In this document: positions 47,289-56,867 of the stretch, in pieces
How the letters are laid out: every line of letters begins with the position of its first letter
Numbering within the stretch: the stretch's first letter is position 1
Source: Sedimentibacter sp.
GTDB lineage: Bacteria > Bacillota > Clostridia > Tissierellales > Sedimentibacteraceae
Direction of reading: 5' to 3'
Assembly (NCBI GenBank): GCA_032006665.1
Contig: DALZMP010000019.1
Location: 16,518-80,517 of the forward strand
Length of the DNA: 64,000 bases
Made by a program: the position numbers and the translations under genes
The notes under the pieces: generated by a model
The model's input: only the letters and a program-made list of their open reading frames with translations
Told to the model about the DNA's origin: nothing
Database searches by the model: none

Positions 47289-50200
47289 GTGGGAAATTAT
47301 AATAAAACTTCAACTGAACGAAATTTTCAAGAAAGATTTGTTAGAGAATTAGAAAAATACAAATGGGTAGCTCCAGATTACTTAGATGGAAACAAGCAAA
47401 AGGTAACAGTAGATGATTTAATAAATCATTGGAGATCTGAACTTAATCGTATTAATGCTGATCAATTAGAAGGTGTTGCACTTACAAATAATGAATTTGC
47501 ACAGGTAATGTCAAAGGTAAGTCAAATAGACAATAGCTTTGAAGCTGCAAAAATACTTGCAATGGAAGGCTCTACGGGTAAAATAGATGGTATTTATCGA
47601 GATGATAATCCTAAAATTACAAGAAAGCATATAACGCTCACTATTTTTAAAAAGGCTGAAGTAAGAGGTGGGGATTCAAGTTATAAAATAGCTAGAGAAA
47701 TTACTACATCAAATGGTAATAGATTTGATATTGTACTTTTGATTAATGGTTTACCTTTAATTAATATTGAACAGAAACGTGCAGATAAAACATTGGACGA
47801 AGCATTTGGTCAGCTCAAACGATATTATAAAGATGGAGAATATGTAAATAACTTTATGGCATTTTCCCAGATGATGGTGATAATATCAGAGGTTGCAACA
47901 AGATATTTTGCAACTCCAAAAACCATCAATGACTTTAATTTAAGTTTTGTATTTAGATGGGCAGATAAATATAATAAACCTATTAATAATTGGCAAGAGA
48001 TAGTAGCACATTTTTTAATGATACCTATGGCACATCAGTTAGTAGGGGACTATTTAATCATAGATGAAGCAGAAGAAGAGGAAAATAGAAGACATATGAT
48101 TATGCGTCCCTATCAGGTTTATGCACTTCAAGCTGTAGAAGGTGCAGCTTTTGGATGGGATAACAATGATAAAATTCAACACGGTGGTTATGTTTGGCAT
48201 ACTACTGGTTCAGGTAAGACAATTACAAGTTTTAAAACGGCTTTATTTTTATCTACGCGTGGAGGATTTGATAAAGTTGTCTTTTTAGTAGATAGAAGAG
48301 AATTAGATAAGAAAACTAGCGAAGATTTTAAGGCCTATGCATCATATGAGCCTGTATCAGTAGATGATACAAAACATACTTATCAATTAAAAAAGCAGTT
48401 ATTATCTCCTAAAAAAGGAATAGTAGTAACCACTACTTTTAAATTAAATTCTCTAGTTAAAGATTTAGTAGAAGCACAGGATTATGGTCTTTCTAATAAG
48501 AAAATAATCTTCATAATAGATGAAGCTCATAGAACTACCATGGGACAAATGATGGGAAATATAAAAAATTACTTTAAAAAGAATGGTTTATTTTATGGGT
48601 TTACTGGTACACCATTATTTGATGAAAATGAAATTCAAGGAATGGTTAATGAAAAAAGTGAAGTTATAGACACAACAGAAAAATTATTCGGTCCAGAACT
48701 TCATAAATATACCATAGATGAAGCAATAGCCGATGGAAATGTTTTAGGATTTCATGTTGATTATATTAATACTGGAGAATTTTTAAATTACGAAGATTTG
48801 CGTGAACAAATAAAAGTGCAAATAGCACAAGAGAAGCCAGAAATGGCAACTCGTGAAATTGAGCGTTTGGTACAACAATGGAGTAATGTTGAGGTTGAAA
48901 AGGAATCATCTAAAAGGAAAATTCTTGTTTATCAAGATGAAACTCATATACCACAGGTTGTTAAAGAAATACTTTCTAATTGGAAATACCAATCTCAATC
49001 CAGATGTTTTAATGCAATTTTAACAGTTGCATATAAAGACCGAGTTATTGCATATTATGATGAATTTAAAAAACAATTAGAGAGACAAGTAGATAAAATA
49101 AATATAGCTATGACATTTAGCTTTGGAAATGAGAATGATACAGATAAAATTCCAACTGAAGTAATTAAGGGTATGTTTAAAGACTATTCTATGTTTACTG
49201 GTATAGAATTTATATGTGGAGATAAAAAAAGAGGAGAAGATGCTTATTATGAAGATATAGTTGCCCGGGGTACTCGTGGTGGAAGTGGGCGTAATAAAAA
49301 GAATATAGACCTTATTATTGTTGCAGATCAACTCTTAACAGGATATGACTCTAAATTCTTAAATACGTTATATGTGGATAGATCTCTGGAATTACAAGGA
49401 TTGATTCAAGCTTACTCACGTACTAACCGCATATATGGCAAGAATAAAGAATTTGGAACAATTATTAATTTTAAATATCCTAAAATTACTGAAGAATTAG
49501 TAAACAAAGCTTTAAAACTCTATGGAAGTGGAGGGACAAGTAGTAAAGTTATAGTTGAACACTATGAAACTGCAGTAGAAAAATTTGCTTCAAAAATTCA
49601 AGAAATGATAAAAACTTTAGCTAATCCTACAGATTGGGAAGAATTAAAAACAAATGATGAAGCAAAAGAATTATTTATTTTATCATTTAGAGATGCAAAC
49701 GATCAATTAAGGCTAGTTATGCAATATTATGAGTTTCAATGGGATGATGACTCTTTTGGTATAGATGAGCATACATGGCTGAAGTATGTAGGAGCTTATA
49801 GAAATTTAACATTTAAAGAAGGGGATCCACCAGAAGATGAACCTGTTATTCCTTTAGTTGGAAAAGCAAAACTATCAGGAACTCAAGTTATAGATGCAAA
49901 TCATATTCTAAGTTTAATTGGTTTAAAAATTAAAAAGGATAAAGGAATTAAAACAGTAGACAGTGAAACTTTAAGAATAATATATGAGGAAATTCAGGAG
50001 TTGAGCGATATAGGTGAAGATGAACAAGCAAAACTATTAAAAGAATTTGTAGAAACAGAATTAGTTCCTGGCAAGCTAACAGGAAACTTAAGTTTTGATG
50101 AATCATTTGGTAATTGGAAACAAGAAAAAATAAAAATAGAAGTAGAAAGTTTTGCTAAGACTTGGGGAATAAATGAAGCTCTGTTATTTAAATCATTAAA

Positions 50201-50375
50201 CCATTTTTCTATAGTTAAAAAAGAAGTTATACCTTACATTGATGAGTTGCAGAAAAGTGTTGATTTCGGTGTAGCCACAAATCAAGAGGCAGGAAATCAA
50301 TTAAAACATATGATTACCTTAATAAATAAAGCTTTGCCTGATTGGCTTATAAATATAAAACAAAAATATAATTAA
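47289..50375 (+). CDS. hsdR: Type I RM restriction subunit
   Basis: DIVLLINGLPLINIEQK, WHTTGSGKT, DEAHR, LLTGYD, QAYSRTNR. Confidence 0.96.
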   Translation: MGNYNKTSTERNFQERFVRELEKYKWVAPDYLDGNKQKVTVDDLINHWRSELNRINADQLEGVALTNNEFAQVMSKVSQIDNSFEAAKILAMEGSTGKIDGIYRDDNPKITRKHITLTIFKKAEVRGGDSSYKIAREITTSNGNRFDIVLLINGLPLINIEQKRADKTLDEAFGQLKRYYKDGEYVNNFMAFSQMMVIISEVATRYFATPKTINDFNLSFVFRWADKYNKPINNWQEIVAHFLMIPMAHQLVGDYLIIDEAEEEENRRHMIMRPYQVYALQAVEGAAFGWDNNDKIQHGGYVWHTTGSGKTITSFKTALFLSTRGGFDKVVFLVDRRELDKKTSEDFKAYASYEPVSVDDTKHTYQLKKQLLSPKKGIVVTTTFKLNSLVKDLVEAQDYGLSNKKIIFIIDEAHRTTMGQMMGNIKNYFKKNGLFYGFTGTPLFDENEIQGMVNEKSEVIDTTEKLFGPELHKYTIDEAIADGNVLGFHVDYINTGEFLNYEDLREQIKVQIAQEKPEMATREIERLVQQWSNVEVEKESSKRKILVYQDETHIPQVVKEILSNWKYQSQSRCFNAILTVAYKDRVIAYYDEFKKQLERQVDKINIAMTFSFGNENDTDKIPTEVIKGMFKDYSMFTGIEFICGDKKRGEDAYYEDIVARGTRGGSGRNKKNIDLIIVADQLLTGYDSKFLNTLYVDRSLELQGLIQAYSRTNRIYGKNKEFGTIINFKYPKITEELVNKALKLYGSGGTSSKVIVEHYETAVEKFASKIQEMIKTLANPTDWEELKTNDEAKELFILSFRDANDQLRLVMQYYEFQWDDDSFGIDEHTWLKYVGAYRNLTFKEGDPPEDEPVIPLVGKAKLSGTQVIDANHILSLIGLKIKKDKGIKTVDSETLRIIYEEIQELSDIGEDEQAKLLKEFVETELVPGKLTGNLSFDESFGNWKQEKIKIEVESFAKTWGINEALLFKSLNHFSIVKKEVIPYIDELQKSVDFGVATNQEAGNQLKHMITLINKALPDWLINIKQKYN

Positions 50376-50536
50376 ATGATTAAAAATTTTTATTTTATCT
50401 ACTTTTTAATTTTAAAAAATGGCTGAAGGTACTAGTTGAGTACTATTCAAGGCATCTAATAACTATCTAGAAATGTATTGTTTTATCTTTTCAATTTTTA
50501 AATGTAAATTTAATTTATAGTTAAAGAGGTGATAAC

Positions 50537-51445
50537 ATGTCTATACCAAAATATTATGAAATGCACAAACCGTTTTTAGAATATCTAAAAGATGGGCAAG
50601 CTCACACATTAAAAGAATTAAAACAATTTGTAAGCAATTATTTTAAACTTACTGAAAGCGAACTTGCAGAACTATTACCTAGTGGGAGACAAACCATTTT
50701 CACTAACCGTATTGGTTGGGCTCGTACATATTTGAAAAAGGCAGGCTTGCTTGACAGCCCTGCAAGAGCTACATTTGTTATTACTCAGCAAGGATTGGAT
50801 GTTTTAAAAGAAAATCCAGATGTAATCGATAGTGAATATTTAATTAAGTTCGATAGCTTTAGAGAATTTTCAAAACTTTCTACTTCAGTGAATGATATAC
50901 AAACAATTGAAAACATAGATAAAGATACTCCTGATGATAGATTAGAAGAATCATTTCGAAAAATTAATGATAGTTTAGCTGATGATATTCTAGTAGAGGT
51001 TGTAAAACTGTCGCCAATTGCTTTTGAACAAATGGTTATAGATTTGCTTTCTAAAATGGGATACGGAGCATTTGAAAATTCGAGTCATACAACCGCCATT
51101 ACAGGTGATGAGGGTATCGATGGAATTATAATGGAAGATAAGCTTGGATTTAATTTAATTTATATTCAAGCAAAAAAATGGGATTTAAAAAGTACTGTTG
51201 GGAGACCAGATATACAGAGCTTTGTGGGTGCTATCTCAGGTAAAGGGGGGAAAGGTCTATTTGTTACCACTGCAAGATTCTCTAAACAAGCAGTAGAATA
51301 TGCCAAATACCAGCACATTATTTTAATTGATGGTGAAAAATTATCAGAGCTTATGATTAAACATAATTTTGGTGTAAGTGTTAAAAAAATCTTTGAAATA
51401 AAAGCGATTGATACGGATGTATTTAATGATTATTTAGATTTATAA
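50537..51445 (+). CDS. mrr: Mrr type IV restriction endonuclease
   Basis: Mrr N-domain RIGWARTYL; GDEGIDG...YIQAKKW. Confidence 0.93.
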   Translation: MSIPKYYEMHKPFLEYLKDGQAHTLKELKQFVSNYFKLTESELAELLPSGRQTIFTNRIGWARTYLKKAGLLDSPARATFVITQQGLDVLKENPDVIDSEYLIKFDSFREFSKLSTSVNDIQTIENIDKDTPDDRLEESFRKINDSLADDILVEVVKLSPIAFEQMVIDLLSKMGYGAFENSSHTTAITGDEGIDGIIMEDKLGFNLIYIQAKKWDLKSTVGRPDIQSFVGAISGKGGKGLFVTTARFSKQAVEYAKYQHIILIDGEKLSELMIKHNFGVSVKKIFEIKAIDTDVFNDYLDL

Positions 51446-51646
51446 AAGAATAGAAGATATATATCAATATAAATTTAATTATAGTAAATTTTAGCAAAAA
51501 AATATATATTTATGTAGAAATATTTTTAGCTGTGAATAGTAATATTAGATTCGCTCTTTGAGGCTGTTGATACAAATTTGCTCTTGAATTTTTTCTCACA
51601 ATATATTATACTAGGTTTACTAAGGCAAAGTGAGGGTGATGCGCGA

Positions 51647-51843
51647 ATGGATAGCGAAATATTCACGGTAGCTCAAGTGGCGGAGTACTTGCAGTTGTCG
51701 ATAAAAACGATACGAAGGTTCATTTCCTTTCCGATAATAAAATCCGTGCTTCTAAATTAAGCAATCGCTCTTGGCGTATAAGGAAGAGCGATGTGGATGA
51801 TTACATACAAGAAAATTCAAATCATCCAAACGAAGAATCATGA
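51647..51843 (+). pseudogene. Excisionase-like (HTH_17) DNA-binding protein frameshifted by a 5-bp duplication
   Basis: Deleting one TTTCC copy (51723-51732) gives MDSEIFTVAQVAEYLQLSIKTIRRFISDNKIRASKLSNRSWRIRKSDVDDYIQ... Confidence 0.85.
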
Positions 51844-51887
51844 TGAAGCGTAATGAGTTTCAAAATAACGAGGGGGGGTGATTCTGA

Positions 51888-54635
51888 ATGTACGATTTTG
51901 AGATAGCTTTCTATCTCTATAAAATATCGCGGCTGTTAGAAATATTTGAAGAAAACAAATATAAAACAGAGGCATATTTCAAAGCGGCTATGGCAGTTGA
52001 TTCTTATAGCACATTTATTACCGAGGCTTATAAAACTGACAGTCTGAAAAACATTGAAGGCATTGGTGATAGCAGTGCGCGAATAATAAAAGCAGTTATT
52101 GAAACTGGCAAATGCTCAGAGTTAGAAAAACTTGAAATAGAATACAACATAGAAGATTACTCTCTTATTCTTTCTCATGGGTTAAGTACAAAAACAATAA
52201 GAAAGTTGTTTAATAACAACATAAAAACTGTTTCAAATTTACACAACAGCTTTAATTCAGATATAGAAACTTTAGATTTTGGGAAATCTGAAAAAGAAAA
52301 AGTACGCAAGTTCTTAAAAAGGTATAAAGAAAACAGTGGGTATTATTTGTATTCTTACGCCTATTGTTTGCGAAATGAACTCCTTGAATTATTAAACAAA
52401 GACAGAGATAGCAAAATTGCATTTGCGAAAGAAAGTGAGTGGAAGGAGAAAGTTAATTGCATTTCTGTAGTTTGCAAAGCAGATAGCTATGATTATGTGA
52501 AGGAACAGCTTTCAAGTTCTAACAGGTACAATGAAATTTTATCCAGTAATAACGAAGAAATAAAGTGCGTTACGGCTTTCGGTATTCCAGTTGTAGTTTG
52601 TTTTACCAATTCTATTATTGTGGATTCTGCTATTCAGCCAGTTTTGCACGGCGATTTGCATATGCATACAAAGTGGAGTGATGGTAAGCACAGCATAGAA
52701 GAAATGGCAGGTTATGCGACTAAACTTGGCCGAAAGTACATTGGGGTTTCGGATCACACCTATTCATTGAAAGTCGCTCGCGGAATTTCCGAAGTCGATG
52801 CTTTACAGCAAATCGAGGAGATTCACGCACTAAAGTCAAAAGGAATAAAGGTGCTTTCAAGTATTGAAGTTGAAGTTTTGAAAGACGGTACATTGGACTT
52901 TTCGGATGCAACACTTGCCAAATTTGATTATGTAATTGCTGGCATACATACCTATTTGCAGCAAAGCCAAATTGAAATGCAAGCAAGAATTGAAAAGGCC
53001 CTCAGCAGTCCGTACGTCAATATTTTGGCTCACCCAACAGGGAAATTGCTGGGTAGGCCGGGCGTACTATTTTCAGATAGAGAACCTTGCTCCGTACCAT
53101 TCAAAACTATTCTTGATATTTGTGTAAAAAACAATGTTGTTATAGAATTAAACTGTTTCCCTGAACGCTTTGACATTGGCGTAGAACATTTTGAGGAGAT
53201 AATAAAAAGTGGGGCGTTTGTGTCTGTTGGAACGGATTCTCATTCTGCAGCTCATTTGAATTGTTTAGAATATGCTGAAATAATGCTGGCGAGGTATCCG
53301 AAGTTAAAAAAGAAAGTTATAAATACGTTCTCGTATAATAAGTTAAAAAAATTTTTTAGTGAGCAGCGACAATCTGCATCAGCAGAAATAAAGTTCACTC
53401 AAAATGCTTCTGAGCGGCTTGATTTTAATTTCTATTTTGCCAATCATTCAGGAATAATAACTGGTAGCGATTATGTTATCGGCATTGACTTAACGGGTAA
53501 TGAAGCGAAGCCAAGCGGATGGGCTGTTTTAACTGGAGGATGTGCAATTACAAAGGCGATTTGCACAGATGAAGAACTGATTCAAGAGAGTTTAAAATAC
53601 AATCCTAAGGTCGTTTCAATCGATTCGCCGCTTTCATACCCCGAAGGCAGGGACTGCACGGACCCAAATTGCGAATGCCATAAATATGGCATTACACGTT
53701 ATTGTGAGAGATTACTTTCAAGTTTTGGGATAGGTGTATACCCTTGCTTAATTCCATCAATGGAAAAGCTGACGAATAGGGGAATTGCACTTGCTAAGAA
53801 ATTCCGAGATTTAGGCGTTGAAGTAATTGAAAGTTATCCTGGAGTAGCTCAGGATATACTAAGTATTCGGCGCAAACAAAATGGTTTAGATCACCTAAAA
53901 AATAGCTATAAAAATTTTGGTATTATGGGTGATTATCTTAGCGCACAAAAAATTTCACATGATGAATTAGATGCCATTTCTTCGGCGTTGGTAGGACTGT
54001 TCTATCTGAATGATCAATATGTGGCATTAGGAAATGATAAGGAGAATTTTCTAATCGTTCCAAGTATTGCTCCCGCTCCCAAAAAACGGGTTGTTCTCGG
54101 ATTGACTGGGGAGATTGGTACAGGTAAAACTACTTTAGCAGAGTATCTTTGTTTTAAACACGGGTTCAAATCGTTAAGATATAGCCAAGTGATACGGAGA
54201 CTGTATTCTTGTGATGACAGCAGGTCAACACTTCAAAACATTGGAAGTGACATAGCTAAAAGCGAAGAGAAGCAAAGACAACTATCTTTGGAAATAATAA
54301 AAGAGATCGAAGCACATCCCAATACGAATTATGTCGTTGACGGACTTAGGCACAGAATTGATTTTGATACGCTTTCAGAACATTTTGGAGATAGGTTTAC
54401 CCTGCTTGAAATTAAATCAACGTTTACTAATAAGTTTCATAGATATAATAAGAGAAGCTTTAAACCGATTAGCAAAGAACAGTTTCAAGCTATTCTGTAT
54501 AACGAAGCAGAAAAAGATATTATGTTACTATCTATGCTTTGTTACACCTACAACAACATCATCACTAACAATAAAACATTCAAGGATTATTTTGAGTCTG
54601 TTGAATTGAAGCTAAAGGAGATATTATGTCAGTAA
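51888..54635 (+). CDS. Fusion: PolX-type N-terminal HhH region + PHP phosphoesterase + DUF429-like nuclease + P-loop nucleotide kinase
   Basis: EENKYKTEAY..IEGIG; DLHMHT.WSDG, SDH, HPTG, GTDSH; GIDL, SIDSPL, IESYPG, HDELDA; GEIGTGKT, R..LQ.IG, VVDGLR. Confidence 0.82.
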   Translation: MYDFEIAFYLYKISRLLEIFEENKYKTEAYFKAAMAVDSYSTFITEAYKTDSLKNIEGIGDSSARIIKAVIETGKCSELEKLEIEYNIEDYSLILSHGLSTKTIRKLFNNNIKTVSNLHNSFNSDIETLDFGKSEKEKVRKFLKRYKENSGYYLYSYAYCLRNELLELLNKDRDSKIAFAKESEWKEKVNCISVVCKADSYDYVKEQLSSSNRYNEILSSNNEEIKCVTAFGIPVVVCFTNSIIVDSAIQPVLHGDLHMHTKWSDGKHSIEEMAGYATKLGRKYIGVSDHTYSLKVARGISEVDALQQIEEIHALKSKGIKVLSSIEVEVLKDGTLDFSDATLAKFDYVIAGIHTYLQQSQIEMQARIEKALSSPYVNILAHPTGKLLGRPGVLFSDREPCSVPFKTILDICVKNNVVIELNCFPERFDIGVEHFEEIIKSGAFVSVGTDSHSAAHLNCLEYAEIMLARYPKLKKKVINTFSYNKLKKFFSEQRQSASAEIKFTQNASERLDFNFYFANHSGIITGSDYVIGIDLTGNEAKPSGWAVLTGGCAITKAICTDEELIQESLKYNPKVVSIDSPLSYPEGRDCTDPNCECHKYGITRYCERLLSSFGIGVYPCLIPSMEKLTNRGIALAKKFRDLGVEVIESYPGVAQDILSIRRKQNGLDHLKNSYKNFGIMGDYLSAQKISHDELDAISSALVGLFYLNDQYVALGNDKENFLIVPSIAPAPKKRVVLGLTGEIGTGKTTLAEYLCFKHGFKSLRYSQVIRRLYSCDDSRSTLQNIGSDIAKSEEKQRQLSLEIIKEIEAHPNTNYVVDGLRHRIDFDTLSEHFGDRFTLLEIKSTFTNKFHRYNKRSFKPISKEQFQAILYNEAEKDIMLLSMLCYTYNNIITNNKTFKDYFESVELKLKEILCQ

Positions 54636-55648
54636 CTATTATATTTGGAGGACAATTTGGTTCTGAAGGAAAAGGTAAAATTGCCCATTACTTTGCGAAA
54701 AAAGAGAATGCCGACTATTGCATAAGGGTTGGTGGTTCTAATTCTGGACATACCGTTTACCGAAACGGAGAAAAATTGATTTTTAGAATTTTACCAACTG
54801 GAGTTATTGAAAGTCATGTGACGGCTGTTTTACCTGCAGGCTCTTATATAAACCTGTCTATTTTGAAAGAAGAAATGAAAATTGCCGGATTATCCGATGA
54901 TAGATTGCTTATTGACGAAAATGCTGTAGTTATTTCAGATGATTTCATAGCAGCAGAAAAGCAATCAGACCTCCGGAAGAGTATCGGATCAACTGAAAGC
55001 GGTACAGGTGCGGCTGTCATGGCAAGAATTGCAAGAAAAAAAGGAGTGAAATTATTAGCGCGGGATTTTCCTGAAATGCAAACTTGCGATACCAAGAAGA
55101 TCTTGCGCGATGCTTGTAATGCTAGCAAAAAGATTATTGCTGAAGGAACACAGGGCTTTGGATTGTCGTTGCTTCATGCAAAAGAGTATCCATATGTGAC
55201 GAGTCGCGATACTTCTGCTGCGGCTATTCTTTCGGAATGCGGTCTAAGTCCATTCGATGTTGAAAATATAGTAATGGTGATAAGAGCCTTTCCAATAAGG
55301 GTTTCTGGTGATTCAGGAGAATTGCCGAACGAAATTGATTGGGATATTATACGTAACGAATTAGGAAAAACAGAAAATATGACTGAATATACTTCTTGTA
55401 CAAATCGTGTCAGAAGAGTAGCCCGCTTTGATGCTGATGTTGTAACGCGGAGTATTATCTGCAATAAGCCAAATATTATTGTGCTGAATCATTTGGACTA
55501 TGTTGATGATAGTGTTCACGATGAAACTAAAATAACAGCACAGTGCAAAAACTTTGTTTCTGCCGTGGAAAATATAATTGGTCATACAATAGATTTCTTT
55601 GGTACTGGAACAAATACTGTTTTGTCGCAGGAGGATATACTCCAATGA
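54626..55648 (+). CDS. purZ: Adenylosuccinate-synthetase homolog with PurZ/PurZ0 signature (2-aminoadenine nucleotide synthesis)
   Basis: GGQFGSEGKGK (Ser where PurA has Asp), NSGHT, EGTQG, YPYVTSRD, RAFPIRVSGDSG, NHLD; short 340-aa form. Confidence 0.75.
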   Translation: MSVTIIFGGQFGSEGKGKIAHYFAKKENADYCIRVGGSNSGHTVYRNGEKLIFRILPTGVIESHVTAVLPAGSYINLSILKEEMKIAGLSDDRLLIDENAVVISDDFIAAEKQSDLRKSIGSTESGTGAAVMARIARKKGVKLLARDFPEMQTCDTKKILRDACNASKKIIAEGTQGFGLSLLHAKEYPYVTSRDTSAAAILSECGLSPFDVENIVMVIRAFPIRVSGDSGELPNEIDWDIIRNELGKTENMTEYTSCTNRVRRVARFDADVVTRSIICNKPNIIVLNHLDYVDDSVHDETKITAQCKNFVSAVENIIGHTIDFFGTGTNTVLSQEDILQ

Positions 55649-56859
55649 GCAACAATAGAAGATCTAACCGGCATAAAAAAGTAACCCCATCGAACGGGAC
55701 GAGTAATCAATCTGCAAACCTTGTTGCCAGTATAGATACTCCGTATAAAACAAGAAGTGCGCAACAATATGAGATTTATAGAAGAGTAGATCCTTTCCCT
55801 GATGTCGAACCTGCTCTTCTGAATTATGTCGATGCATATAGATACATCTATACTTGTGGAATTATTGATGAGTTTCATGAGGAAAAACTAAAAGGAATAA
55901 CATATTCTTGCTCCTTTTCGGGGAATGCATATTTCTGCAAAACCGGTGAAAAAGAAATGAAATTGTTAGAGCCAGATAAAGATGGTTATTATATTATTGC
56001 TTCAAATTCAATAACATATCTTGAAATAGCGGAAACCATAAGAGTTCCTGAGTATCTTGCGTTGCGCTTTAATCTTTCTGTTTCAAATGCTTATAAAGGT
56101 CTTCTCCTTGGAACAGGTCCCATTGTTGACCCTGGATTTGTAGGGAAATTATATATACCGCTACATAATCTAACGGCAAATGAATATAAAATTAAAAAAG
56201 AGGCGGAATTAATTTTAATAGAATTTACAAAACAGAGCAGAAATGACAAATGGACAAGTGCAATAGCCCCCGCCGATGTATCCTCTCTAACTATTCAAAC
56301 AAAAAAAATTGAGCCGTTGAGAACTTTTAAGGATTATATTACTAAGGCTTTGACTGGGAAAAATGATTTTCGGAATAGGTACGACACAAATTATGTATGC
56401 AGTTCCATTCCAGAAGCAATAAGAGAAGCTAAAGACCTAGCTTCTGATGCTAACGACGTAGCTTTTGATGCTATAGGCTCAGTAGTTAGAATGAAAACCA
56501 AAATAACAATTGGTGGTTTTCTTGCTGTTATAGGTGTAATTCTCACTGTTTTTTCATTATTGATCCCAACTTGGCAAGCTTTTAATTCTTTTAATAAAGA
56601 GAGGAGCGAATATCAGAGTACAATAATTCAATACCAAGAAACAATTAAAGAATTAGAGCAACGTTTAATATCCTTGGAAATTGATGATAAACAAGAAAAA
56701 CTTGATACACTTCAAAAACAGCTTAATGTACTTTCAGCAAAATACACTACAACTGAAGACAAAAATAGCGATGTTACAATAAGTCTCAACGAACAAATTG
56801 CTTATACAAAAGAACAAATAGAAAAATTGGAGAAAGAAATAGCTGATTTACAAAAATAA
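55645..56859 (+). CDS. dCTP-deaminase/dUTPase-fold protein with C-terminal TM helix and coiled coil
   Basis: ETIRVPEYL...GLLLGTGPIVDPGFVGKLYIPLHN; TM IGGFLAVIGVILTVFSLLIP; AGGAGG RBS, ATGA overlap with the upstream stop. Confidence 0.78.
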   Translation: MSNNRRSNRHKKVTPSNGTSNQSANLVASIDTPYKTRSAQQYEIYRRVDPFPDVEPALLNYVDAYRYIYTCGIIDEFHEEKLKGITYSCSFSGNAYFCKTGEKEMKLLEPDKDGYYIIASNSITYLEIAETIRVPEYLALRFNLSVSNAYKGLLLGTGPIVDPGFVGKLYIPLHNLTANEYKIKKEAELILIEFTKQSRNDKWTSAIAPADVSSLTIQTKKIEPLRTFKDYITKALTGKNDFRNRYDTNYVCSSIPEAIREAKDLASDANDVAFDAIGSVVRMKTKITIGGFLAVIGVILTVFSLLIPTWQAFNSFNKERSEYQSTIIQYQETIKELEQRLISLEIDDKQEKLDTLQKQLNVLSAKYTTTEDKNSDVTISLNEQIAYTKEQIEKLEKEIADLQK

Positions 56860-56867
56860 CTGAATTT

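Noticed and set aside
51888..52640. Active DNA polymerase X
   Set aside because: The palm region is too short and lacks the nucleotidyltransferase motifs
54626..55648. Annotation as housekeeping purA
   Set aside because: Lacks the catalytic Asp motif GDEGKG and lies in a cargo operon without purine-pathway genes
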